A DNA stretch of 63,994 bases, counting the filler, from Octopus bimaculoides (Eukaryota): assembly GCF_001194135.2 (NCBI RefSeq). It is 5 parts of 5 records of this genome, joined end to end, with 100 filler letters (N's around TTAATTAATTAA, not from the genome) between each part and the next. Parts side by side here need not be neighbours in the genome. Positions count along the whole stretch, not along the records: positions 1 to 13,212 come from NC_068982.1; positions 13,313 to 24,226 come from NC_068986.1; positions 24,327 to 50,449 come from NC_068996.1; 2 more parts are not named here. One strand, given 5' to 3'. The translations under genes were made by a program, and so were the position numbers. Below the pieces are notes generated by a model. That model saw only the letters and a program-made list of their open reading frames with translations, did no database searches and was not told the origin of the DNA. Position 1 is the first letter of the stretch; every line of letters begins with the position of its first letter. Below, piece after piece: positions 12,950 to 25,504 of this stretch.

Positions 12950-13110
12950 CGTTCGTGCTGCTGGTCGGGGTGAGAGGGATAACTCCCTTGGCAAACAGGA
13001 CACAGTCGTGTGTCAATAAGCCAGGTGGAGGAGATGTCCTCCTGGGGCTAAAAGCAACAGTAACATCCATCCCTAGGGGTCAGCCACACTTAAGTGGCAA
13101 TATACTACAC
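12950..13110. repeat. Unclassified interspersed repeat (family X)
   Basis: GGAGATGTCCTCCTGGGGCTAAAA...CAGCCA..CTTAAGTGGCAATA shared with 6540-6630 and 2630-2710. Confidence 0.5.
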
Positions 13111-13212
13111 TTTATCGTGCAGTTACTGTTAATACTTCATATAGAGAATTAACATTGCTTGTTTTCACCTTTTCAATATCAGTGAAGAATGTCACTGGAA
13201 AAGAAGATATAA

Positions 13213-13312
13213 NNNNNNNNNNNNNNNNNNNNNNNNNNNNNNNNNNNNNNNNNNNNTTAATTAATTAANNNNNNNNNNNNNNNNNNNNNNNNNNNNNNNN
13301 NNNNNNNNNNNN
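13213..13312. other. Artificial scaffold spacer N44-TTAATTAATTAA-N44
   Basis: Exactly 100 bp; identical structure occurs four times; six-frame stop linker. Confidence 0.95.
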
Positions 13313-13364
13313 TATATATATATATATATATATATTTATACATGTGTGTGTATGTTTGTTTGTC

Positions 13365-13550
13365 TCGCGTCACCGTTGACAGCTTGTGTTGGAGTGTTTA
13401 CGTCCCTGTAAATTAAAGAAGATCGATAGAATAAACACCAGACTTTTAAAAACAGTACCGGGAACGATACGTTCGACAAACATGCTTCAAGGTAGTACCC
13501 CAGCATGGCTGCAACCCTAATAACTGAAAGAAGTAAACGATAAAAGATAA
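13365..13550 (+). mobile_element. SINE (family B)
   Basis: GTTTACGTCCC...GATAGAATAA...TTCGAC...CCAGCATGGC..AGTAAA..AAAAGATAAAA, repeated many times in the window. Confidence 0.75.
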
Positions 13551-14439
13551 AAAAGAAGAAAAAAACATTATACTAGATTCATCCTACATGACAATGTCGA
13601 ATTCTAGTCTTCTTTGTCCGTAGTGTCGTAGATTTTGCTGATGCTTTCAATGTTACAAAAGTTAACTAAATCTTTAGAAAAGCAATATGTTTTGGCAAAA
13701 ATTCTGTCCGGCAAAAGAAAATAAAGGAATCAGGTCCTGCTTGTCACTTTGAATTGCGGTGGCGCAGAAATATTGTATGATTTTGTATTCTAGTTGTATT
13801 AATTTAGAAGTTTAACTCACTGGATTTTGGCATATAAAAAGATGACGGGTTAAACCAACTTTAGACGCGTTGAGGAAACCACTTTATTTACATGTTTATC
13901 TTAACAAATTAACAAACACGCGGAAGTAGATAAGTAGAAAAATATACAGATGAAAAAATGAGCAGTTCTTTAGTATCGTCAAATTGCCCTCTATCCATCA
14001 CGACTAATGTAACTCTTTTTGCTCCCTAACCTTCATTAAATCTCACCTCCGGTAATTCAACTATCAGCAAGCAGCCAGCTAACAGATCATTCCTACAATT
14101 AGGCACTATTCCTTCTCATCCAAACCCTGTTTTATCGTATGTTTATGTATTTACACAAACCCCCTTATTCTAATATTCTCTTACCAGTTTCAAAATGAAC
14201 GAAATAGAACGGGTCTTGTATGAGTCATTATGTAAATAAATGAATATCTCCAAGCTATTTTATGCCCTGAGAACTTTACTGTGGTTTTCGTGTGTTTTTT
14301 TTTCTTACACAGATACATGCAACAAACGCAAATACATCCATACCCATATTTATATACAGACACGTGGACACATATATATGTAATCCATAACATATATATA
14401 TATATCTGTGTGTTTATGCATGCATATATATATGATTGA

Positions 14440-14628
14440 CCGTTGACTGAACACTATTCAATTTTTTTTCTCCGTGTTTTTCTCCTTGTCTCCGTATTCT
14501 TTCTGTTGAAGAGCGTAGCTCGAAACGTCAAGGACTTTCCGTATTCCCGAGCGTCATACTAATACATCCTTTTGTTATTTACACCACCTGTCCTCGTCTG
14601 TTGTTGTTTTTTCGTACATTCTCCCATA
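14440..14628 (+). mobile_element. Penelope-like terminal repeat, left member of an inverted pair
   Basis: Inverted homolog at 15520-15720 across a (TA)n/N gap; contains a TTGAAGAG..CTCGAAACGTC hammerhead-like remnant. Confidence 0.5.
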
Positions 14629-15519
14629 TATATATATATNNNNNNNNNNNNNNNNNNNNNNNNNNNNNNNNNNNNNNNNNNNNNNNNNNNNNNNNNNNNN
14701 NNNNNNNNNNNNNNNNNNNNNNNNNNNNNNNNNNNNNNNNNNNNNNNNNNNNNNNNNNNNNNNNNNNNNNNNNNNNNNNNNNNNNNNNNNNNNNNNNNNN
14801 NNNNNNNNNNNNNNNNNNNNNNNNNNNNNNNNNNNNNNNNNNNNNNNNNNNNNNNNNNNNNNNNNNNNNNNNNNNNNNNNNNNNNNNNNNNNNNNNNNNN
14901 NNNNNNNNNNNNNNNNNNNNNNNNNNNNNNNNNNNNNNNNNNNNNNNNNNNNNNNNNNNNNNNNNNNNNNNNNNNNNNNNNNNNNNNNNNNNNNNNNNNN
15001 NNNNNNNNNNNNNNNNNNNNNNNNNNNNNNNNNNNNNNNNNNNNNNNNNNNNNNNNNNNNNNNNNNNNNNNNNNNNNNNNNNNNNNNNNNNNNNNNNNNN
15101 NNNNNNNNNNNNNNNNNNNNNNNNNNNNNNNNNNNNNNNNNNNNNNNNNNNNNNNNNNNNNNNNNNNNNNNNNNNNNNNNNNNNNNNNNNNNNNNNNNNN
15201 NNNNNNNNNNNNNNNNNNNNNNNNNNNNNNNNNNNNNNNNNNNNNNNNNNNNNNNNNNNNNNNNNNNNNNNNNNNNNNNNNNNNNNNNNNNNNNNNNNNN
15301 NNNNNNNNNNNNNNNNNNNNNNNNNNNNNNNNNNNNNNNNNNNNNNNNNNNNNNNNNNNNNNNNNNNNNNNNNNNNNNNNNNNNNNNNNNNNNNNNNNNN
15401 NNNNNNNNNNNNNNNNNNNNNNNNNNNNNNNNNNNNNNNNNNNNNNNNNNNNNNNNNNNNNNNNNNNNNNNNNNNNNNNNNNNNNNNNNNNNTATATATA
15501 TATATATATATATATGTAT

Positions 15520-15720
15520 ATAGGGAGAATTCACAAAAAGAAAACAAAAGACGAAGACAGGTGGTGTAGAAAATAAACAAATGTATTAGTATAACGCTCA
15601 GGAACTGAAAAAGTCTTTAACGTTTCGAACCTACGCTCTTCTACAGAAAGGAACTCAGAAAGAAAGAAACACAGAAAGAAACAAGGAGAGAAACACGGAA
15701 AGAAAAAAAGAATGTGTAGT
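15520..15720 (-). mobile_element. Penelope-like terminal repeat, right member of an inverted pair
   Basis: Reverse complement resembles 14440-14628 (ACACCACCTGTC.TCGTC, ACTAATACAT, GAAGAGCGTAGGTTCGAAACGT). Confidence 0.5.
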
Positions 15721-15746
15721 GGCTAGCGATCTATCATGGCGAATAT

Positions 15747-16023
15747 ACATACATACATACATACATACATATATCACATAAATACATACATACATACATA
15801 CATCACATAAATATATATGCATGCATCTAGACATAAAAACGCATCCATAAAACAAACATACAAATCTGCGCATACACTAACACCAAATACTGCACACACA
15901 CACACATATGCACAAATACCTAGATGATGTTGATAAAAGTTCCAATGAAGGAGCCTTGAATCTATGTTAGAGTCCGGCTCTTTCTCTATGGACAAGAAAT
16001 ACAGAAATGAAACTGATTGATAA
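15747..16023 (+). mobile_element. R4/Dong-family 3' UTR fragment
   Basis: ATAAAACAAACATACAAATCTGC...GAAGGAGCCTTGAATCTATGTTAGA...CTTTCTCTAT homologous to the 3' UTRs at 40099 and 59480-59667. Confidence 0.7.
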
Positions 16024-17380
16024 CATACATACATAAGCAACCGTCCAATCGTATTACTTACGTATGGCGTGATGCATTGCCAGAAAAGAAGGATATTCCA
16101 AAACAAAGTAGTAACATTTATGATATAAGCGCCATCCTTATATACTTCTGTATTGGTTGCCGATAGGTAAACCAATTAAACGACCTATGTGTGGTGTAGT
16201 GTGTGTGTATGCGTGTATGTGTGTGTGCGTGCATGTGTGTATTTGTGTAGGTGTGCGCGCGTGTGTGTACTGTTTCCATCCACTTTGCTATGGCGCGAAG
16301 TCATGGCGTCCTCATTCTGCACACTTCCTTCTGCAATATATTAGATATATATATCCAGACTCTGGGAGAAGCATCAACAGATGTCTGAGATGTGGTAATT
16401 GATATTTGATAAAGTAGGGATTTAATTAAAATTTGGTTTTAAAAAATGTAATGAATTTCCTATGTGCTGTGATGCTTTTAAAGACAAAAACATCTACACA
16501 CACATCTCTATACATGCATACCTAAGTACGTATATATATATATATATATATATNNNNNNNNNNNNNNNNNNNNNNNNNNNNNNNNNNNNNNNNNNNNNNN
16601 NNNNNNNNNNNNNNNNNNNNNNNNNNNNNNNNNNNNNNNNNNNNNNNNNNNNNNNNNNNNNNNNNNNNNNNNNNNNNNNNNNNNNNNNNNNNNNNNNNNN
16701 NNNNNNNNNNNNNNNNNNNNNNNNNNNNNNNNNNNNNNNNNNNNNNNNNNNNNNNNNNNNNNNNNNNNNNNNNNNNNNNNNNNNNNNNNNNNNNNNNNNN
16801 NNNNNNNNNNNNNNNNNNNNNNNNNNNNNNNNNNNNNNNNNNNNNNNNNNNNNNNNNNNNNNNNNNNNNNNNNNNNNNNNNNNNNNNNNNNNNNNNNNNN
16901 NNNNNNNNNNNNNNNNNNNNNNNNNNNNNNNNNNNNNNNNNNNNNNNNNNNNNNNNNNNNNNNNNNNNNNNNNNNNNNNNNNNNNNNNNNNNNNNNNNNN
17001 NNNNNNNNNNNNNNNNNNNNNNNNNNNNNNNNNNNNNNNNNNNNNNNNNNNNNNNNNNNNNNNNNNNNNNNNNNNNNNNNNNNNNNNNNNNNNNNNNNNN
17101 NNNNNNNNNNNNNNNNNNNNNNNNNNNNNNNNNNNNNNNNNNNNNNNNNNNNNNNNNNNNNNNNNNNNNNNNNNNNNNNNNNNNNNNNNNNNNNNNNNNN
17201 NNNNNNNNNNNNNNNNNNNNNNNNNNNNNNNNNNNNNNNNNNNNNNNNNNNNNNNNNNNNNNNNNNNNNNNNNNNNNNNNNNNNNNNNNNNNNNNNNNNN
17301 NNNNNNNNNNNNNNNNNNNNNNNNNNNNNNNNNNNNNNNNNNNNNNNNNNNNNNNNNNNNNNNNNNNNNNNNNNNNNNNN

Positions 17381-17513
17381 CAACCACCCCTGCCGGAGCC
17401 TCGTGGAACTTTAGGTGTTTTAGCTCAATAAACACTCAAAACGCCCGGTCTGGGTATCGAAACCGCTATCCTACGTCCGCGAGTCTGCTGCCGTAACTAC
17501 TGTGCTATTGCAC
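17381..17513 (-). mobile_element. tRNA-derived SINE (family C), 5' part
   Basis: Matches 43830-43962 (CCCCTGCCGGAGCC...CTCAATAAACACTCA..ACGCCCGGTCTGGG). Confidence 0.8.
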
Positions 17514-19469
17514 CTCCACATATATATCATAAATATTGTTTCTCAGATACTAATTCTCTTATTAAGAAAAATAATGTTCGTATAAACTAAGATCTAGTTA
17601 TGTTACAGTGATATATTTGAAGTCTATACTAAACATATCTATTACACCAGCAAAAAAAAAAAAAAAAAACCCATAAAAACAGAAAACAAAAACAAAAAAC
17701 AATTTTAGAACCGTTAAGTACTATTATTAAGGATCGGTAACATATATAGATGAGACTTCAGAAATTCTTTGTATTTTATGTATCGTTAATTTACCATAAT
17801 AGTTTTCAACCAGTGTCAAAATAAACTGGGTTGTCATTGTAAATTGTCAAGGATGTAAAGAAATAATCTATAGAGATCGTTCCGAATATGTTAGTTTTGA
17901 CTTACCACTGTTCGTTCATGCTTGAGGGCAAATAGTTTACCTGTAAGTATCTCTTAACGAGGATTCACTTAGATATTGGATAAGCTATCAGGTCGTGGCT
18001 AATGGTTCATGACTTCATTATTCACTTAGCATTCAATTGTCCTGCCTTTTTCTCCCCGTCAACTGTCAAAGTTTCTTTCATTATTTTAAAAAGATATTTT
18101 TTAGAGAGAGCAGGAGATGTGATCCATTTTGGTTGTTTGCTGTTGTTCCTATCATAGCGATCTTTTCTCAATTTACTTGCGATCTGTTGATGGAAAGTAA
18201 ATCCTACTCAATAGACAGTCGATGTCTAAAAAAAAAATAATAAATGGAAGTTTCAACTTATGTTAGGGGTTCTTTAGCAAACTCGATCGATCACTGATAA
18301 CATCCAGTCAACTGGGTTTTCTTCATTTTTTTCTTATCAAATTGTGTCACAATCATTCACTTATTTAGTGGCTATTAAATTTCTCCCTAAATATATATAT
18401 ATGTATGTATGCATGTATGCATGTATTTGTGTCTCTGTATGTACATGCATTGTATCCGTATNNNNNNNNNNNNNNNNNNNNNNNNNNNNNNNNNNNNNNN
18501 NNNNNNNNNNNNNNNNNNNNNNNNNNNNNNNNNNNNNNNNNNNNNNNNNNNNNNNNNNNNNNNNNNNNNNNNNNNNNNNNNNNNNNNNNNNNNNNNNNNN
18601 NNNNNNNNNNNNNNNNNNNNNNNNNNNNNNNNNNNNNNNNNNNNNNNNNNNNNNNNNNNNNNNNNNNNNNNNNNNNNNNNNNNNNNNNNNNNNNNNNNNN
18701 NNNNNNNNNNNNNNNNNNNNNNNNNNNNNNNNNNNNNNNNNNNNNNNNNNNNNNNNNNNNNNNNNNNNNNNNNNNNNNNNNNNNNNNNNNNNNNNNNNNN
18801 NNNNNNNNNNNNNNNNNNNNNNNNNNNNNNNNNNNNNNNNNNNNNNNNNNNNNNNNNNNNNNNNNNNNNNNNNNNNNNNNNNNNNNNNNNNNNNNNNNNN
18901 NNNNNNNNNNNNNNNNNNNNNNNNNNNNNNNNNNNNNNNNNNNNNNNNNNNNNNNNNNNNNNNNNNNNNNNNNNNNNNNNNNNNNNNNNNNNNNNNNNNN
19001 NNNNNNNNNNNNNNNNNNNNNNNNNNNNNNNNNNNNNNNNNNNNNNNNNNNNNNNNNNNNNNNNNNNNNNNNNNNNNNNNNNNNNNNNNNNNNNNNNNNN
19101 NNNNNNNNNNNNNNNNNNNNNNNNNNNNNNNNNNNNNNNNNNNNNNNNNNNNNNNNNNNNNNNNNNNNNNNNNNNNNNNNNNNNNNNNNNNNNNNNNNNN
19201 NNNNNNNNNNNNNNNNNNNNNNNNNNNNNNNNNNNNNNNNNNNNNNNNNNNNNNNNNNNNNNNNNNNNNNNNNNNNNNNNNNNNNNNNNNNNNNNNNNNN
19301 NNNNNNNNNNNNNNNNNNNNNAGCAAATGAGGTACTCATTCCATAAGGTAGAGCTTGTCTATTATATTAGACACTAATGTTTCTTGAATCATTATTGTAA
19401 GTTTCACGTTGCTGACTATTCAAACGGTTGAAGAAGTGAAGCGGCAGTACTATATAATTTTTCTAATAT

Positions 19470-19666
19470 AAGCTCAATGCCTTAAATTTTGGGGGAGGGG
19501 ACTAGTCGATTACATCGACTCCAGTGTTTCACTGGTACTTAATTTATCGTCCCCGAAAGGATGAAAGGCAAAGTCGACCCCGGCGGCATTTGAACTCAGA
19601 ACGTAAAGGCGAAATATAGCTTAAGCACTTTGCCCGGCACGCTAGCGATTCTGCCAGCTCACCGCC
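19470..19666 (-). mobile_element. tRNA-derived SINE (family A)
   Basis: Reverse complement of GGCGG.GAGCTGGCAGAA...GAGTTCAAAT (A/B-box-like) as at 38255. Confidence 0.85.
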
Positions 19667-19776
19667 TTCCAAGCGGCAGCAGAATGTGTTAACAAAGAAA
19701 TATTCGAAAATAATCGAAAAATATTTATGTATCGAAATTTGATGGAGTTGCAATACTTTTTTAAAACATTCTCACA

Positions 19777-19927
19777 CGCACGGGCGTGACTGTGCCTAAG
19801 TAGGTTGCTTTCCAACCACATGGCTCTGGGTTCAGTCCCACTGCGTGGTACCTTGGGCAAGTGTCTTCTACTAAAAGCTTGTGAATGGATTTAGTAAACG
19901 GAAAACGGTAAAAAAAAGCCCGTCGTA
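19777..19927 (+). mobile_element. tRNA-derived SINE (family D)
   Basis: GCTTTCCAACCACATGGCTCTGGGTTCAGTCCCACTGCGTGG...; inverse copies at 46434 and 49825. Confidence 0.8.
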
Positions 19928-19954
19928 TACACATATGTACACGCGCACACGTGT

Positions 19955-20165
19955 GTGTTTGGCAACCTATGTTGGTGCGTTTACATATCCGCGTTTACAT
20001 ATCCGCAACCTAGCGGTTCGGCAAAAGACATCGATAGAATAAGTTCCAGGCTTTAAAAAGAAAGAAAAAAAAATAGGCACTGGGTTTGATTCATTCGACT
20101 AAAAATTCTTCAAAACGGTGCCCCAGCATGGCCGTTGTCTAATGACTTAAACAATTAAAAGATAG
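19955..20165 (+). mobile_element. SINE (family B)
   Basis: TAGCGGTTCGGCAAAAGA..CGATAGAATAAG...TTCGACTAA...CCAGCATGGCCG. Confidence 0.8.
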
Positions 20166-20332
20166 TAAAGAATTTAAGCAAAAGTTTGAAACGCGTTGAG
20201 AAAAACTAAGGACTCAGCGTCCAATTGAACCGTCTATGAGCGAAAAGCTTTGTTTTGTAATGGTTATAATGAGTATCTCATTCACTAAAGCTTTTATCCA
20301 CTCGGCCTTTTTACCTCTGCTGTTGCGGCTAC

Positions 20333-20495
20333 TATCCATCCATCCATCCATCCATCCATCCACCCATCCATCCATTTATTTTCTCTGCCTATTATTCCAG
20401 AGAAGGTCGTGGAGATAGAGACCCCAGGAACCTCACCCATAGCGTCCTAGCAGAAGAGCCCATCATTGCACTCTGTTGCTGCATTTCCAGACGTC

Positions 20496-20526
<31 letters not shown>

Positions 20527-20807
20527 ATATANNNNNNNNNNNNNNNNNNNNNNNNNNNNNNNNNNNNNNNNNNNNNNNNNNNNNNNNNNNNNNNNNNNNN
20601 NNNNNNNNNNNNNNNNNNNNNNNNNNNNNNNNNNNNNNNNNNNNNNNNNNNNNNNNNNNNNNNNNNNNNNNNNNNNNNNNNNNNNNNNNNNNNNNNNNNN
20701 NNNNNNNNNNNNNNNNNNNNNNNNNNNNNNNNNNNNNNNNNNNNNNNNNNNNNNNNNNNNNNNNNNNNNNNNNNNNNNNNNNNNNNNNNNNNNNNNNNNN
20801 NNNNNNN

Positions 20808-20870
<63 letters not shown>

Positions 20871-21125
20871 ATGTATGTATGTATGTATATGTTTACTGCC
20901 GGTTAGTTCGGCTTGAAAAATCCGTCTTGCGATTCTTTCCTGTGACGTTCTAATCACATTTTCATTTCCGTAGTACTGGAGATGTGACCTGTGAATGTGG
21001 CGAAGCAGTGACTCGATCTGGAGAGATTTCCTGGCCTCCGAGCAACGCACTCTGTCGAGTACCGTTACTCCGGAGATCCTTCGAAGGAACCCCATTTCGA
21101 CCGCTTGTATTGTTACGGCCATTGC
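20333..21125 (-). mobile_element. RTE-clade (Rex3/Expander-like) LINE 3' fragment interrupted by microsatellite and gap
   Basis: QAVEMGFLRRISGVTVLDRVRCSE...LLRHIHRSHLQYYG in ORF 20463..21122; (GGAT)n-type tail at ~20335-20375 on the minus strand. Confidence 0.75.
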
Positions 21126-21789
21126 AAGCGTTAAATTTACAAAACTATTAACAGCACAGAAAACTTAGTCAAAATGGATGTTGGGAACTGTAGATCAAGG
21201 AAGATTTCTCGGTAAGGTGAAACTGCAACATAATTCGTATTCGCGTTCGTAGCTCAACTAACAGTAAAACTTCACCTACATCGTTCCCGTGTTAAAATGT
21301 TCACGTTGGAAATGGAGTGAATAGAAAAGCAAGCACTAAACCATTCTCCACGTCTCCTTCCACAATAGATCCAGTGTTTGGTAAAACCATTTCGACATTA
21401 CAAAAGAAGGGGCTAGATAACATCAATAACTAAAACATACCCGAATTTTCTCATTCTCTTTCTCTCTCTCATCTTCTTCTCCATGCAAACACATAGGCCA
21501 CACACGTTCTTGCACGCACACATTCGAACACATACATACACACACATCGTAAAGGACGGTATAACTACATGCTTGGTCAATTAGAAATATTTTAACGTAC
21601 GAAATGTTTTCAGTTTAAGGTGTTACACGGAACGTCAGTGAAATTTGGGGTTAATGGAACTTTACCACTCGGAGGGAGAGAAAGCATTTCAGTTGATTGA
21701 TATTCCAGGTACGATAGGTGTAGATAGGAAATCAATCAATCAGAATATGTATTTATTTAAACATCTATCCATGTATTTCACTCCCTACT

Positions 21790-21815
21790 TCTCTCTTTCA
21801 GTTTGATATATATAC

Positions 21816-21871
<56 letters not shown>

Positions 21872-22367
21872 CAAACTGAGATAGATGGATGGATGGATGG
21901 ATGGATGGATGGAGTGTGTGTGCGTGTGTGCGCAGGTGCATGTGTGTGCACGCGCTCGTGCACGTGTGCGCGTGCGCATGTGTGCATGTGTGTGTGTGCG
22001 CGCGTGTATGTGTGTATGTGGATAGGTAGATAGACAGATACGTAGAGAGATGAATATTGTATACGCGTAGATACAAATATGTATATACGTATGCATGTAT
22101 GTATGTACATATATACATATGTATGTATGTATGTACGTATGTTTTTATGTACGTAGATTCAGACACATGCATGTATACACATAGATACATTCCTGTATTT
22201 ATGTGTGTGTAATATCTATAACGATGTGTGTGTATGCATATATACACACATATATGCATGTATGTGTATGTATATATATGTGTGTGTGTGTATCTATGCA
22301 TATACACACATACAGACAAGCAAACAGGCAGAAAGACAGACAGACAGATAGATAAATAGACAGACAG

Positions 22368-22422
<55 letters not shown>

Positions 22423-22423
22423 C

Positions 22424-22518
<95 letters not shown>

Positions 22519-22520
22519 CT
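21790..22520. repeat. Compound microsatellite (TA, GGAT, GT/GC, TATG, GATA, GACA)
   Basis: Directly visible; generates spurious ORF 21798..22754. Confidence 0.95.
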
Positions 22521-23057
22521 CACACAATGCATCCTAAAACCCGACAATATGATGGCGGAGACACTGACGTATATTACAGATGTTTTCCATTTCCACAAAC
22601 AGAGGTAATTCCATACTGAGAGGATTAAGATACGAATTGAGAAAATGTCTAAAATTTTCGTTAGAAACCACTTCCAATTCAAAACAATATTTTCTTCAAA
22701 CATACCCCTTTCTCGTCCTCGCTCTCCTACCCGAATAACTAAGGTAATTAACACTTTGTTTTAAATGGGTCACGGAAAACAGTTGATATCTCTGCCGGAA
22801 TTATCAGAAGAAGGGTTAACGCTTCGTATGACACTGCGTGGGTTGTCAGTCACGAATACATTCAACACCCAATAGCCTAATCTGGTTGGTTGTAAATGTG
22901 TACTTGTTAATTAGGCGAATGTTTATCCGTTTTAAGTAGATGCAGCGACAGCAGCTACAGAAATGATGTATGTCGAATGAATCTTGCAAAGCTGTCGTTT
23001 AGCACTTCCTAACGGATAGGCAGCGATGAATATTTGCAGGTTTGACTTTCCACGCGA

Positions 23058-23231
23058 CAATGCTCCGAAATTGGTATGCCGCAGCACACTGGTGTGTCAC
23101 GAGACAATGCTAGGTGTGCCGCAGTGTAACCTGAATATAACTTTTTCCCGTATACTTTTAGTTCAGGTGTGCCGCTGAATTCTGAAAAAAATATAAGTGT
23201 ACCGCAAGTGAATAAAGGTTGCGGAGCACTA
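23058..23231. mobile_element. Possible hAT-type MITE
   Basis: Imperfect TIRs CAATGCTCCGAAA / TTGCGGAGCACTA and internal GTGTGCCGC repeats reminiscent of Charlie-like hATs; no TSD seen. Confidence 0.45.
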
Positions 23232-24009
23232 CTCTAGATTGAACTAAACCTAAGGCAATTGTAAAAATGAGATCTTTAGAGGTGATACAGTGACGACATT
23301 CGTTTTGAAAATTCGGCATCCTGATCTAAGAACTTAACGAGATTCGGAGAACCTACTTAGTTTTATATAGTTTATTGTCATTAGTAACTGCGTTGCTGAA
23401 GCACCCTTTAATATTTCAGCTTCATGTTGTAGTACTTCAAGGAGGAATTTACATGAAAATTCTCTAGTGACTAGTTATTTATTGTAATGGTGATAACCAC
23501 TGAGATCGATGGGAGGGTTTAAGTTTAGAACTAAAACAAACGAAACACCTTTCAATTATGTAGTTCCTTTACTGACTACAGCACTGAGGTGATCTATACG
23601 GCTGCCCGTACTTACTTATTATTAAATGTTGGAGATAAGGAACAAACCACTAATGTTTTGGCTATCAAATCTCTACAATCCATTTGGTCAACAGCGACTG
23701 TACAAAAAAACTTAGCAAGCGTTTTATCAGTTTTTATGAGAAAGAATGGAAACGTGTAACCACGTAGTTTTAAAGGTAGTTCTAAGATATATGTCACGAT
23801 TGTGTTTTGTCCTGGGATACTTCATCGGTGATGCTTCTGGGGTCTTAGAGGGTTTCGGGTCTTTCAAAGTTAGACCTTTTTGACCCAGTCGGGATTGATC
23901 CAGTTCCACCTTGCACCCCAGCAGCAATAAGCCATCATCAGTCTGTCCTGATAATCCAAAGCCATCTTATGGCTTTCTCTTTAACTTCGCTAATGGAATG
24001 GAATGTATA

Positions 24010-24180
24010 ACTTGTAAGCCAGCGGTTTGGCAAAACACTCCGATATAATAAATTCTAATCTTAAAAAAAAAATAAGTACCGGGGTCGATTCATCCGACAA
24101 AAAAAAAAAACATTCTTCAAGGCGGGGGACCAGCATGGCCGCGGCCTAACAACTGGATCAAGTAAAAGATAAAAGATAAG
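24010..24180 (+). mobile_element. SINE (family B), partial
   Basis: AGCGGTTTGGCAAAA...AAGTACCGGGGTCGATT...CCAGCATGGCCGC..AAGTAAAAGATAAAAGATA. Confidence 0.75.
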
Positions 24181-24226
24181 AAGAGAAACAGACTAAAAAA
24201 TGCATAGGTTTTCTACGGAATACACA

Positions 24227-24326
24227 NNNNNNNNNNNNNNNNNNNNNNNNNNNNNNNNNNNNNNNNNNNNTTAATTAATTAANNNNNNNNNNNNNNNNNN
24301 NNNNNNNNNNNNNNNNNNNNNNNNNN
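24227..24326. other. Artificial scaffold spacer N44-TTAATTAATTAA-N44
   Basis: Same 100-bp structure. Confidence 0.95.
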
Positions 24327-24363
<37 letters not shown>

Positions 24364-24810
24364 TATGTATGTACATATACACACACACAGACACATCTGT
24401 ACATAGCTGTGATCGTTAAGACATTTACTTCAGGACAACATATTTTCTGGTTTGTCCTACAGCCTCACGCTATAAGCAGTGTCCTACACATAGTGAATAT
24501 GGCAAACGGAAACTGAATTAACTCTGTTGTACATATCCGTATATGTGTGTGAGTGTGTGTGCGCGCGATCACGTGTGTGTGTGTGTTTGTGTATGTATGT
24601 ACAAGTTAAGTATGGATTTCATGTGATATGTTATAATTCATAAACATTATTTATATTTATGATGTGTCTGAAGCATATATTATTGAAACGATCGTAATGA
24701 AGGAATAAATGTAATAATATCACCCCCATTCTTGGTAGTACTATATGTATGTGTGTGTGTGTGTGTGTGTGTAAGTATGCATATGTATGTATATATATGT
24801 ATGGATGTGT

Positions 24811-24850
<40 letters not shown>

Positions 24851-24860
24851 NNNNNNNNNN

Positions 24861-24906
<46 letters not shown>

Positions 24907-25108
24907 CAGAAAATATATGTATATGTATAAATGTGTATATACATATACATTTATACATATTTACTACAGTTTTCTGCATCATGTATATATATGTATGTGT
25001 ATGTATATAAATATATATATACACACACACACACATATACAAACAAGTACATTTACTCATATACATGCACACACACATACATATATACATACACACACAC
25101 ACACACAT

Positions 25109-25212
<104 letters not shown>

Positions 25213-25504
25213 ACACTGTTTATATAAGAAGGCATATATAAGTAGGTGTGTATATAAACATCAGCATACAGAGGAAGTCAACACAGATACAAGCAAACAG
25301 ATTTAAATGAAGTCTTAGAAAAACATGCTTGAATGTCAATGAGAGGAAGGTATATGTGTGTGTGTGCGCGCGCGCGCGCCTGTGTGTACATACACACACG
25401 CACTTATATATAATGGACTCTGCCGTCGATTTTGATGTATGAGTGTGTAACCCCATGTGTTCGTTGTTTTTGTTCTTTTTGTTTTGTTATTTTTTTTTTT
25501 AGCT

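Noticed and set aside
13257-13268. TTAATTAATTAA palindrome as a homeodomain or regulatory site
   Set aside because: Synthetic linker inside fixed-length N spacers.
22527-22606. [26 protein letters not shown] followed by GTAATT; superficial likeness to the T-box FPET motif
   Set aside because: No usable acceptor (preceded by (GATA)n), no FIAVTAYQN continuation, and the intron position does not match T-box genes.
23580-23960. Short ORFs in unique DNA with a vague GPCR-like flavour
   Set aside because: In-frame stops, no conserved motifs or splice signals.
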